From an uncultured delta proteobacterium (GTDB lineage: Bacteria; Desulfobacterota; RBG-13-43-22): DNA of 64,000 bases. The stretch lies in assembly GCA_963743305.1 (NCBI GenBank), contig CAVUPH010000006.1, positions 32,001 to 96,000 on the forward strand, in the 5' to 3' direction. Made by a program: the position numbers and the translations under genes. This document shows positions 39,056-48,519 of this stretch, in pieces. Under the pieces are notes generated by a model that saw nothing but the letters and a program-made list of their open reading frames with translations, was not told where the DNA came from and did no database searches. Position 1 is the first letter of the stretch. Every line of letters starts with the position of its first letter.

Positions 39056-39157
39056 CCCGACTCCCAAAAGCCCTTCAGGCGGAGTTTACCCTGAGCCAAC
39101 GACGAGATCCTTCGCTTTGCTCAGGATGACAGGTTGGGACTTTTTGCGGGGTCATCA
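39053..39157. repeat. degenerate copy of the nested palindromic/MITE-like element
   Basis: The right end GGGACTTTTTGCGGGGTCATCA matches the 32663-32683 end. Inner arms are CCTGAGC...GCTCAGGATGACA. Confidence 0.55.
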
Positions 39158-39191
39158 AAAAAGGTTCGCCAGAGCTAAAACGGTTTGCCCT

Positions 39192-40535
39192 TCACCCCCG
39201 GGCGAGATCCTTCAACTGTTGGACCTGATCCCAGGAAAAAGGAGAAAGGCAGGGGAAAAGGGAATTGTTCTGATAAAGGGGTTCCTCCGCCAGGGGGAAG
39301 CGGGAAACGGCACAGGCCTCCGGCCAGAGAGGCGTCCCGGGGATGGGCGAATATTCGGCCAGCCGGGGCCGAAGGCCCATTTTTTTGACCTCCCTAATCG
39401 AGTCGGCTATTTCCCTGAGGCTCTGCCCCGGCAGACCCGCCAACAAGTAAGCCCCGATCTGCTCCCCGGAGAATCCGCCTTCTATTAAGGCCCTCACCGC
39501 CCGCTGCCACGATCCCGGATCGAGCTTGCCTCCCCAGGCCTTTTGCCGATCCCAGTTGGTGGTTTCCACACCCAGCCTCAGCGTTTTGAATCCGGCCCGA
39601 AAAAGCACCCGGGCCCGGTGCGAGTCGATCTCCCGCACCTGGAGGGCATTTGGAGCGTGAAAGCGGAGACCCCAACCCTCTCGAATGACCCGCTCCAATA
39701 CCGGGCCCAAACGCCGCTCAAAATGGGTCAGCAGCGCGTCGTCATAAAAGGCAAAGTCTTGCACCCCATACCCCTGGTGCCAGTGCCGGATTTCCTCGAG
39801 GATGTTTTCCGGGGACCGTTCCCGAAATCGGGGCTGCAAGAGCCGGGAGGCGCAATAGGGACAGGCGAGCGGGCACCCGCGAGCGGTTAGTAAACAAACG
39901 TAGGGAAGCCGCGGATACAGATCGAAGGCCGGAAAGGGATACGTATCCAGGTCTTCCGGGTCGGGGACCTTGACCGGAGTCAATCCGGTCAAGCCCTTCA
40001 ATAATTTTAAAATTGCCCCCTCCCCTTCTCCGGTGATAAGATAATCGACGCCGCTCAGGGCCTGGGCATGACGGGGCAGCAAACCGGCGTAGAGGCCTCC
40101 CAGGACCAACGGGGTCTCAGGGAAAACCTCTTTGACCAGGGAGACCGCCTCTTGAACTCCCGGATACCAGTAGGTCATCAGCGAGGTGATCAGTACGGCT
40201 TGAGGTTCCGGGATCTGCAACAAGGCGTCTCTAAAAATCCGGGGCGGGATCCCAAAGCGGTAATAAAACCTGGGGATCTCTTTCAAAGCAGGTGGCCGAG
40301 CGAGCCGCTGGCGCAAGTATGGCCCGATTCCGTAGCGCTTTCGCGAGCCTGGGGAGGATAACTCATGGGCCTGAGGAAGATCGGGGTCCAGGGCATCCAG
40401 CCAATAGATCCGGTACCCGTTGGCCCGCAAGGTCGCCGCCAGATACAACAGTCCTAACGGCTTGGCCCAGAGGTCAAAAGCGGAAAAATCCCCAATAGGG
40501 GGATTGATCAACAAAATAGAAGGACGATCTCTCAT
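39192..40535 (-). CDS. cobalamin-binding radical SAM protein
   Basis: KPLGLL, TSLMTYWYPG, TARGCPLACPYC and FYDDALL motifs. Confidence 0.9.
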   Translation of the reverse strand: MRDRPSILLINPPIGDFSAFDLWAKPLGLLYLAATLRANGYRIYWLDALDPDLPQAHELSSPGSRKRYGIGPYLRQRLARPPALKEIPRFYYRFGIPPRIFRDALLQIPEPQAVLITSLMTYWYPGVQEAVSLVKEVFPETPLVLGGLYAGLLPRHAQALSGVDYLITGEGEGAILKLLKGLTGLTPVKVPDPEDLDTYPFPAFDLYPRLPYVCLLTARGCPLACPYCASRLLQPRFRERSPENILEEIRHWHQGYGVQDFAFYDDALLTHFERRLGPVLERVIREGWGLRFHAPNALQVREIDSHRARVLFRAGFKTLRLGVETTNWDRQKAWGGKLDPGSWQRAVRALIEGGFSGEQIGAYLLAGLPGQSLREIADSIREVKKMGLRPRLAEYSPIPGTPLWPEACAVSRFPLAEEPLYQNNSLFPCLSPFSWDQVQQLKDLARG

Positions 40536-42028
40536 TGGAACAACAACCTATCCAGCTTAAAAATTTACGAAACTGGGTTACCCAGGAACCGCTTTTCCAA
40601 ACCCTGCGACAAAGGGCCGATCGCCTGGGGTCTGCCTGTTACTTGACCGGCGGCCTGGTCCGGGATTGGTTTCTCGGGCGACCAACCCGGGACATCGATC
40701 TGGCGGTTTCCCGGCAAGCCCTAGAGTTGGCCCGGGAGTTTGCCCAAGCCGCTCAGGGCACTTTTGTCCTCTTAAAAGAGGACCGGGCGACCGCCCGAGT
40801 GGTCCTTCCCGGCCTTCAATTCGACTTTGCCGGTTTTCGCGCCGCCAGCCTCCCTGAGGACTTAAGGGATCGGGATTTCACCATCAACAGCCTGGCCTTG
40901 CCCTTGACTTCGGCCTTCGGTCCCGATCCTTGGGAACCCATCGATCCGCTGAACGGGGCGGGCGACCTGGATCAGGGAATCATCCGCCAGTGCACTCCGA
41001 ATAGTTTTGACCGGGACCCGCTGCGCCTGTTGCGGGCCTATCGCTTCCAGGCGCAATTCGGGATGGAGATCGAAGCGGAGACCCGGCGGGGATTGCAAGA
41101 ATGGGGTCCGACACTGAACCGGTCGGCGTCCGAGCGCCGGCTTTATGAATGGCTTCAGTTGCTGGCCCAGCCGCTGTCCGGCCCCAGCCTCTCGCTCATG
41201 AATGAAGACGGGATTCTGGATATCCTCTTCCCGGAGTTCCTCCCCCTGAAGAACACCCCCCAGAACAGCTTTCATCATTTAAACGTTTTTGACCACTCCT
41301 TTCTGGCTCTTCAATGTCTGGAACAAATCCTAACCCATAGGCCTCCTGGCCCGCCCGAATTATCCGAGGCCTTAAAAGCCCACCCGGAGAAAGAAGCCCT
41401 GCGACCCTTGTTGAAATGGACCGCGCTGGTCCACGACTTAGGAAAACCGGCCGCCGCCGAACGAAGAGCAAACCGCTGGACTTTTCATTCCCATGATCGG
41501 TTCGGTCAGGAACTGTTTAATAACATGGCCGAGCGTTTCCGGCTGGGCCGTCAGGCCAGGGAGACCATGGTGCGGTTGATCGGTTGGCACATGCGCCCTT
41601 TTCATCTGTTGCGGGAAGAGCCCTTAGGGGGAAGAAGGCCCCGGGCCTTACTCCGTTGGGTCAAGGAAACCGGCGAGGATCTGAACAGCATCTTTCTCCT
41701 GGCTTTAGCCGACTGCCGGGCGGCCCAAGGCCCGGACCGCCCCCCTGATTTGGAAGACCGGCTTATCCGCTTGTGGCGAGAGGCTTTGCAAATACAGAAG
41801 GAAATCATCATCCCTCTGGCGAGCGCTCCACCCCTAATCAACGGAAACGATCTGATCCACCTGGGACTTGTCCCCGGTCCCTTATTCAAAGAAATTTTAG
41901 ACCGGATTAAAGAAGAACGATGGTCGGGGGCACTAACGACCCGTGAAGACGCCCTGGCCTGGATAGAAAGCGCCTTAGAAAAAAATCGGGTTCAAACTCG
42001 AAATCCGAATTTCGGGTTTAAGGTCTAG
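40535..42028 (+). CDS. class II tRNA nucleotidyltransferase / poly(A) polymerase family with HD domain
   Basis: GGLVRD, DIDL, DLRDRDFTIN, DPLRLLRAYRF and VHDLGKP motifs. TTG start is uncertain. Confidence 0.88.
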   Translation: MEQQPIQLKNLRNWVTQEPLFQTLRQRADRLGSACYLTGGLVRDWFLGRPTRDIDLAVSRQALELAREFAQAAQGTFVLLKEDRATARVVLPGLQFDFAGFRAASLPEDLRDRDFTINSLALPLTSAFGPDPWEPIDPLNGAGDLDQGIIRQCTPNSFDRDPLRLLRAYRFQAQFGMEIEAETRRGLQEWGPTLNRSASERRLYEWLQLLAQPLSGPSLSLMNEDGILDILFPEFLPLKNTPQNSFHHLNVFDHSFLALQCLEQILTHRPPGPPELSEALKAHPEKEALRPLLKWTALVHDLGKPAAAERRANRWTFHSHDRFGQELFNNMAERFRLGRQARETMVRLIGWHMRPFHLLREEPLGGRRPRALLRWVKETGEDLNSIFLLALADCRAAQGPDRPPDLEDRLIRLWREALQIQKEIIIPLASAPPLINGNDLIHLGLVPGPLFKEILDRIKEERWSGALTTREDALAWIESALEKNRVQTRNPNFGFKV

Positions 42029-42183
42029 GAATGAAACAGGGGGGGCGTGTAGTTGGGATCGGACCAATAGCCGATACTCACGATTAGAACAAAAAGGGTC
42101 CAGAAAATAATCGAAATAATCAACCAGTCCTGGTTGCTATCATCCGCTTCGGCGTTCCCGGTCGTCTTACCCATCGTCGTCAT
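42025..42183 (-). CDS. possible 52-aa single-TM protein
   Basis: Manual translation MTTMGKTTGNAEADDSNQDWLIISIIFWTLFVLIVSIGYWSDPNYTPPLFHS; its stop overlaps the convergent gene stop. Confidence 0.45.
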   Translation of the reverse strand: MTTMGKTTGNAEADDSNQDWLIISIIFWTLFVLIVSIGYWSDPNYTPPLFHS

Positions 42184-42418
42184 TCGCTTCTTTCAGGGGT
42201 CGGTGGCAATAACCTATTTCCCGCTAAAAAATCCACAAGATATTTGCATTATAGACAAAAATAGGTTAATAACAAATTCTTAATAAAAGGTCAAGCACTA
42301 GCCAAAAATATTTGAAATATTTTTGGTGTAAATAGAAACCACTGTTCTGAGAATTTGTCTCTAACCATGGATGTCAGAATCTACCTCAACCATCCCCGGC
42401 AGCAAGGAGAAAAGGATC

Positions 42419-45220
42419 ATGACCCGAAAAAAATTCGTGTTCGGTTTTGAAGAAGGCGACGGGAAAAACAAACAACTCCTGGGCGGCAAAGGCGCCAACT
42501 TATGCGGAATGACCCAAATCGGCCTGCCGGTCCCCCCCGGATTCGTTATTACCACCGAGGCCTGTCTTCGGTATTTCGAAGAAAATAAAAAGCTGCCCAA
42601 GGGCCTGATGGAGGAAGTTCGGGCACACATGGAGGACCTGGAGAAAAAGAGCGGCAAGGGTTTCGGCTCCAAAACCAACCCCCTGCTGGTTTCAGTCCGT
42701 TCAGGTTCGGCCATGTCCATGCCGGGCATGATGGATACCATTCTCAACCTAGGTTTAAACGACGAAACCGCCGAAGGCCTCTGTCAACTGACCCAAAACG
42801 ATCGTTTCGTTTATGACGCTTACCGGCGTTTTTTACAGCTTTTCGGCAAGATCGCCCTGAACATCGGAGATGAAGATTTTGACCGGATCATGAACCAGAG
42901 CAAGGAACAAGCCGGGGTCCAAATGGATACGGACCTTCAAGTGGACCAATTAAAAGACTTGGCCCATAAGTTTAAGAAATTGATCAAGGAAAAAACCGGG
43001 AAGGAATTTCCCAATGACGTGAACAAGCAACTGGAACTGTCCATCGAGGCGGTTTTCAGTTCCTGGATGGGTAAACGGGCCGTGGATTATCGCCGGGAGT
43101 TTAACATCACCGCCGATCAGGCAAATGGGACGGCCGTCAATATTGTGGCCATGGTGTTCGGGAACATGGGCGAGACCAGCGCCACCGGAGTGGCCTTTAC
43201 CCGGGACCCGGGCACCGGAGAGAATTATCTTTACGGCGAATATTTAGTCAACGCCCAGGGGGAAGACGTCGTAGCCGGAATCCGCACCCCCAAGCCCCTT
43301 CGACAGTTGCGCAAGGAAATGCCGTCCGTCTACCGGCAACTGGAGGCCCTGCGGCATACCCTGGAAAATCACTACCGGGAAATCCAGGATTTTGAATTCA
43401 CCATCGAAAACGGAAAACTATACTGCCTCCAGACCCGCCACGGGAAAATGAATGCCTGGGCCGCGGTCCGGACCTCCATCGAATTGGTCCATCAGGGGCT
43501 CATCAATGAAGAAGAGGCTATCCTCCGGGTCAAACCGGAACACCTGGAACAGATGCTCCACCCCCAGATCGATCCCAAATATAAGGGGGTCCCTCTGGCT
43601 ACTGGGATCAACGCCTCTCCCGGCGCGGCTTCCGGAAAAATAGTCCTCGATGCCGACAAGGCCGAGGCCCAGGGCCAGTTGGGGGAACCGATCCTCCTGG
43701 TCCGGGAAGAAACCAAACCGGAAGACATCCATGGTTTTTTTGCCGCCCGGGGGATCCTGACCAGCCGTGGGGGAAAGACTTCCCACGCGGCGGTGGTGGC
43801 CCGGGGCATGGGCAAGCCCTGCGTGGCCGGCTGCGAAGCCCTGGAGATCGACCTGAGCAAACGGGAAGTACATCTCGGCAACCAGATCTTTCGGGAAGGG
43901 GAGATCCTGACTATCGATGGATCCGCCGGAGCCGTCTACGCCGGTGAGGTGCCTACCGTGGAACCGGAATTCATGGATGAATTGCTGGAGCTTCTGGGCT
44001 GGGCCGACGACCTGAGATCCCTGGGGGTCATGGCCAACGCCGATACGCCGGAGATGGCCCGAAAGGCCCGAAGCTACGGGGCCCAGGGAATCGGACTGTG
44101 CCGGACCGAGCGGATGTTCAATGCCGTCGACCGGCTGCCCATCGTCCAGCGCATGATCCTGGCCACCGACCCTGAAGACCGGAAGAAAAGGGCCATGGAT
44201 CTCATGCCCTTTCAAAAACAGGACTTCAAGGATATTTTAAAGGCCATGGAGGGCCTGCCGGTGACCATCCGCCTGCTGGATCCTCCCATCCATGAGTTCC
44301 TGCCCTCAGCGGAAGAGCTGATGACCGAAATTTCTCTGCTGAAAGATTTTTCCCGGGGCATCCGGACCATCTTCGAGCTTCCGGAGACCATTAAAATGCT
44401 CGACCCCAACCTGCACAAATACATCCCTTGGATCGAAGCCGTCAGCCGGGAATTGACGGAAATACGGGAAAAGAAAATCGATGAAGACCTGTTGCGCTTC
44501 AAGGAGGAGACCTTAAAGAAGGTGCGGGCCGTGTCCGAAGTCAATCCCATGCTGGGTCACCGGGGGGTGCGGCTCGGCATCTCTTACCCGGAGATCTATG
44601 ATATGCAGATCCAAGCCATCCTGGAAGCCTCGGCTGAACTGCTGAAGGAAGGGGTGGATGTGCGCCCGGAAATCATGGTCCCGCAGGTGGGCGTCGTCGA
44701 AGAATTGGCTTGGGTCAAAGACCGGGTCAAGACGATTTATGAGGACGTTCGCCAGCGCTACCAGGTGGAGATCCCTTATAAATTCGGGACCATGATCGAG
44801 GTGGTCCGGGCCTGCATGCGGGCCAATAAACTGGCCGAAATCTCCGAGTTCTTTTCCTTCGGCACGAACGACCTGACCCAGGCCACCTTCTCCTTCTCCC
44901 GGGAAGACGCCGAGCGGGAGTTTCTGCCCCTGTACGACAAGTATCAGATCCTGCAGGACAACCCCTTTGAAACCCTGGATGAGGAAGGGGTCGGCCGGCT
45001 GATGATGATCAGCGTGGACTTCGCCCGCCAGGTCAAACCGGATTTGAAGATCGGGATCTGCGGGGAACACGGGGGGAACCCCAAGGCCATCTATTTTTGT
45101 CATAAAATCGGGCTCAGCTATGTCTCGGCCTCCCCCCACCGGGTGCCCATTGCCCGCCTGGCGGCCGCCCACGCCGTCTTGACCGCCCGTTTGGCGGATA
45201 AAGAGGCTGATAAGCGCTGA
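42419..45220 (+). CDS. ppdK: pyruvate, phosphate dikinase
   Basis: LGGKGANL, VSVRSG...SMPGMMDT, GGKTSHAAVVARG, SFGTNDLTQ and GICGEHGG motifs. Confidence 0.97.
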   Translation: MTRKKFVFGFEEGDGKNKQLLGGKGANLCGMTQIGLPVPPGFVITTEACLRYFEENKKLPKGLMEEVRAHMEDLEKKSGKGFGSKTNPLLVSVRSGSAMSMPGMMDTILNLGLNDETAEGLCQLTQNDRFVYDAYRRFLQLFGKIALNIGDEDFDRIMNQSKEQAGVQMDTDLQVDQLKDLAHKFKKLIKEKTGKEFPNDVNKQLELSIEAVFSSWMGKRAVDYRREFNITADQANGTAVNIVAMVFGNMGETSATGVAFTRDPGTGENYLYGEYLVNAQGEDVVAGIRTPKPLRQLRKEMPSVYRQLEALRHTLENHYREIQDFEFTIENGKLYCLQTRHGKMNAWAAVRTSIELVHQGLINEEEAILRVKPEHLEQMLHPQIDPKYKGVPLATGINASPGAASGKIVLDADKAEAQGQLGEPILLVREETKPEDIHGFFAARGILTSRGGKTSHAAVVARGMGKPCVAGCEALEIDLSKREVHLGNQIFREGEILTIDGSAGAVYAGEVPTVEPEFMDELLELLGWADDLRSLGVMANADTPEMARKARSYGAQGIGLCRTERMFNAVDRLPIVQRMILATDPEDRKKRAMDLMPFQKQDFKDILKAMEGLPVTIRLLDPPIHEFLPSAEELMTEISLLKDFSRGIRTIFELPETIKMLDPNLHKYIPWIEAVSRELTEIREKKIDEDLLRFKEETLKKVRAVSEVNPMLGHRGVRLGISYPEIYDMQIQAILEASAELLKEGVDVRPEIMVPQVGVVEELAWVKDRVKTIYEDVRQRYQVEIPYKFGTMIEVVRACMRANKLAEISEFFSFGTNDLTQATFSFSREDAEREFLPLYDKYQILQDNPFETLDEEGVGRLMMISVDFARQVKPDLKIGICGEHGGNPKAIYFCHKIGLSYVSASPHRVPIARLAAAHAVLTARLADKEADKR

Positions 45221-45238
45221 TCCCCTCACTGAGGGAGG

Positions 45239-46024
45239 CTACCCTTTCGAGCCCAGGCGCAACCCCCCGTGGATAAAGAAGGTCTCCCCGGCCAGGGCCT
45301 CATTCCGATAGATCTCGCCTACCAGGGAGGCCACCTCCTCCGGCTCGATCAGACGCCCCAGGGGGACGTCGGCCACTATCTTTTCCAGGGCTTTCTGATT
45401 CATGCCCCGCACCATATCGGTACCCACATACCCGGGGGCCACGGCGGCGCAGCGGATCCGATCCGCCAGGCCCCGCCGGAAAAATTCGGCGGTCAACACT
45501 TTGGGCATCACCGACATGGCCGCCTTGGTGGAGGCGTAGTTGATCTGGCCGGCCGTCCCCAGGGACCCGGTGGAAGAGATCAGGCAGATCAGCCCCCGGC
45601 AGGCGTGGTTGATCATCCGCTCGACGCATTCCCGGACGGTCAGAAATACTCCGGTCAGATTGATGTCGATGACCCTTTGGAACGTGCCCAGCGACATCTT
45701 CTTGGTCACCTTTCCCGTTTCGCGATCGGTGGCCACCAGCAGGCCGTCCAGGATGATACCCGCAAAGGGGGCCACCAGGTTGATCTTCCCGAAGCGGTCG
45801 ATCGCCGTATCCGCCAACCGAGCGCAATCGTCTTCTTGGGTCACATCGCAGACGACCGTAACCGTCTCCGGTCCGAGTTCGGCCCTGGCCTTTCCCAGGG
45901 CCGCTTCCGCCACGTCGGCCAATACCACGCGGCCGCCTCCGGCCGTCCAATACCGGGCCAGGGCCAGGCCGATGCCTCCTCCGCCGCCGGTGATGACCGC
46001 CACTGAATCCTTGATATCTAGCAT
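45239..46024 (-). CDS. SDR oxidoreductase (FabG-like)
   Basis: TGGGGGIG and YASTK motifs. Confidence 0.9.
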   Translation of the reverse strand: MLDIKDSVAVITGGGGGIGLALARYWTAGGGRVVLADVAEAALGKARAELGPETVTVVCDVTQEDDCARLADTAIDRFGKINLVAPFAGIILDGLLVATDRETGKVTKKMSLGTFQRVIDINLTGVFLTVRECVERMINHACRGLICLISSTGSLGTAGQINYASTKAAMSVMPKVLTAEFFRRGLADRIRCAAVAPGYVGTDMVRGMNQKALEKIVADVPLGRLIEPEEVASLVGEIYRNEALAGETFFIHGGLRLGSKG

Positions 46025-46093
46025 GGTTTCCCTCCCTATTCTTTACCGTATTACCTGTCGCTTTATGGTCTATTCTATTTCCAAGAAATTTCC

Positions 46094-46178
46094 CGTCATC
46101 CCCGAATGCCTTTATCGGGGATCCCGTCTTTCCTGAAAAATAGCTGGATTCCCCCTCAAAAACGCTGCGGGAATGACG
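46094..46178. repeat. GTCAT...ATGAC palindromic intergenic element
   Basis: CGTCATCCCCGAA...GGATCC...GGATTCC...CGGGAATGACG. Confidence 0.6.
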
Positions 46179-46208
46179 TCCACCGTTGTTACTGCTATTT
46201 CGAGACCG

Positions 46209-46988
46209 TTAAATAAACCCTCTAATGAGGGTGCAGAAGGTGTCCATTTTTTCCAGAAAGGCCGCGTGGCCGGTATCCGGCAGGCAGACGATCTGGGAAT
46301 GAATCAAGGCCCGGCTCATTTCGAGCATCTGGGCGTAGGGCGTGATAATATCTTCCCGGGCGGCTATCAAGAGGACGGGGTGTTGAATCTTGGAAAGTTC
46401 GGCCCGGATATCGTAGGTGGCGTTGGAAGAGGCCAAACGGATAAAGCCGTCGAACCATTCCCGGGTCAATGCTTCCTTAAAAAGTTTTTTGCGAATCTCC
46501 AGCCAGTCATAATGGTGGTTGTAAAAGTTCCGGGAATAGATCGGCGGCAGGGCCAGGTCGAAGAAGGCCTCCCCGTCGTACAACCGGGCGGCCCGCTTCC
46601 ACTGCTCCCCCAGAGCCAGCAGGTATTTATCCACGTAGGCCGAGGTGTTGGACAAGACCAGTTTGTCCACCTGCTCCGGATAGCGCAAGGTGAAGATCAG
46701 GCCCACCTGACCGCCGTAGGAAAGGCCCCAGAAATGGGCTTTCGGGATATTCAAGTGATCCAGGAGTCTCTTCAGGTCTTCGGCATGGAGGGCATTATCA
46801 TAGCCCTCCTCCAGCCGGCTGGATCGGCCCTGGTCCCGCATATCATACACGATGAGCTGGTAGCGGTCTTTCAGTTTGGCAATGTGATCCACCCAGCTCA
46901 GCGTATTCATCATGATCCCGTTCAGCAGAACGAGCGGGGGCCCCTGGCCGTGGATTTCATAGTAGATGCCCAGTTCTTCGAAATACAT
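46209..46988 (-). CDS. alpha/beta hydrolase (enol-lactonase/esterase-like)
   Basis: GLSYGG nucleophile elbow, ED acid and TGHA motifs. Confidence 0.9.
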   Translation of the reverse strand: MYFEELGIYYEIHGQGPPLVLLNGIMMNTLSWVDHIAKLKDRYQLIVYDMRDQGRSSRLEEGYDNALHAEDLKRLLDHLNIPKAHFWGLSYGGQVGLIFTLRYPEQVDKLVLSNTSAYVDKYLLALGEQWKRAARLYDGEAFFDLALPPIYSRNFYNHHYDWLEIRKKLFKEALTREWFDGFIRLASSNATYDIRAELSKIQHPVLLIAAREDIITPYAQMLEMSRALIHSQIVCLPDTGHAAFLEKMDTFCTLIRGFI

Positions 46989-47095
46989 ATTTGCCTCTTT
47001 GAATTTGGCTTAGCTGACTTCCCCGGTTAAACTCGAAATCCGGTTACACTTTAGGTGTTTAAAAAAATATGCGTTTCAGAACAGCGTTAGAGTCA

Positions 47096-47281
47096 AAATC
47101 CACCTCAATCCCCCTTTTTAAAAGGGGGAGGTCTTTCTCCTCCCTTTGGAAAAGGGAGGCCGGGAGGGATTTATGAATGCTTTTTCAAACAACTCAATTA
47201 ATACAAAATCCGAAATTCGAAACCGACTCGGCTAAGCCTTTCGGTAAACTCAAGGCCCTGAGCTTGTCGAAGGGCTCGTCG
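47096..47281. repeat. cluster of intergenic hairpin repeats
   Basis: CCCCCTTTTTAAAAGGGGG, CTCCCTTTGGAAAAGGGAG and CCTTTCGGTAAACTCAAGGCCCTGAGCTTGTCGAAGG. Confidence 0.55.
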
Positions 47282-47320
47282 CTGGCTGAAACAAATTTAA
47301 CCCGATGCACTATTTTCCGA

Positions 47321-48334
47321 TCACCCCTCTGCTCCCCAGCGGACCACCGCGGCGGCATACGTGAATCCGATGCCGGCGGCGACTACCAGAACACAGGAGC
47401 CCTCCCGAACCGCGCCGGTTTTCAATCCCAGATCCAGAGCCAGCAGAACGTCATTGGTCCCGTGGCAGCCCCATGGGTCGAGGCCGGGTGATAGCTCCGG
47501 ATCGATTCTCAGTCGGGAGAGCACATGCCGACGCTGAATCGGGGGCAGGTGTCGCAGAGCCAGGAAATCGGCCCGCCGTCCCGCCAGGGCTTTGGACGCC
47601 GTCTCGATCAGGGCCTCGATCCAGCGTCCGGCCAGGTAGTCCCTGACCTTCTCGGGATGGGGTGTGTTATAAAACATGAGCGGGGAGCCTAGGTTGTCGG
47701 GACGGAAGGGGATCTCCGTACCCCCGCCGGGAACATAGACCTCGTCCGCCATTTCCGAATCCACGATGAATACGATTTCCTCCAGGCTATGGCGGAACCC
47801 CTGCCTGCGCAGGACCAGGGCGCCGCCTCCGGCGGATAGAGGCAGCAGCCAGCGGGTATCGGGGTTGCGGTAATCCACCAGGTCCACATTGCGGGTTCCC
47901 CCGGCCAGCAAGACGGTGTTGATGGTCGGGTCGCTGATCATCATGTCCCGGGCCAGTCGCAAACCGAGCAGAGTGGTCACCCCCTGCCCTACCAAGTCGA
48001 AAGCCCAGGCCCGTCGGCAGCCCACCTCTTCCTGCAGCCGAATGGCGGCCGTCTGGGCCACATAGTCTTTGTATTCCTCGCCGGTCCAGAGGACCAGATC
48101 CACGTCCTCCGGTCTTATTTCACCGGCGCGTTCCAGGGCCTGCTTCGCGGCCTTGACCGCCATGGGGATCGGCTGGTCATCGAGACCGGGCCGGCACTTG
48201 CGCTCAATACCCAGGGCCCTGACCTCCTCGATCGCCAGACCCGATCGGAGCGCCACTTCCTCGGCGGTTTCAAACTCCGCCGGGGTATGTAAACCGTAAC
48301 TCACTATTCCGATTTTTCCTTCTGTCGTACTCAT
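47321..48334 (-). CDS. FabH/KAS-III-like protein (PRK06840-type) lacking the catalytic Cys
   Basis: GEEYKDY, WAFDLVGQGVTT (Gly at the Cys position), GGTRNVDLVDY and AAGIGFTY motifs. Confidence 0.85.
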   Translation of the reverse strand: MSTTEGKIGIVSYGLHTPAEFETAEEVALRSGLAIEEVRALGIERKCRPGLDDQPIPMAVKAAKQALERAGEIRPEDVDLVLWTGEEYKDYVAQTAAIRLQEEVGCRRAWAFDLVGQGVTTLLGLRLARDMMISDPTINTVLLAGGTRNVDLVDYRNPDTRWLLPLSAGGGALVLRRQGFRHSLEEIVFIVDSEMADEVYVPGGGTEIPFRPDNLGSPLMFYNTPHPEKVRDYLAGRWIEALIETASKALAGRRADFLALRHLPPIQRRHVLSRLRIDPELSPGLDPWGCHGTNDVLLALDLGLKTGAVREGSCVLVVAAGIGFTYAAAVVRWGAEG

Positions 48335-48380
48335 ATCAGATCTTGTTCCCTTAGGTATCTATCTTAGTCCAAACACCTGT

Positions 48381-48477
48381 GTCATGGCGAGCGAAGCGAA
48401 GCAATCCCCCGCTTGGGTCTGGCCAGGGTTGAATACTGCCCGGGAGATTGCTTCGTCACTTCGCTCCTCGCAATGAC
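48381..48477. repeat. GTCAT...ATGAC palindromic intergenic element
   Basis: GTCATGGCGAGCGAAGCGAAGCAATC...GATTGCTTCG...CTCGCAATGAC, similar to the inner part of the 32526-32683 element. Confidence 0.65.
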
Positions 48478-48519
48478 CGAGGGTCTGTATTTTCATGCTT
48501 CGCCGGTGACCCCGCCCAC

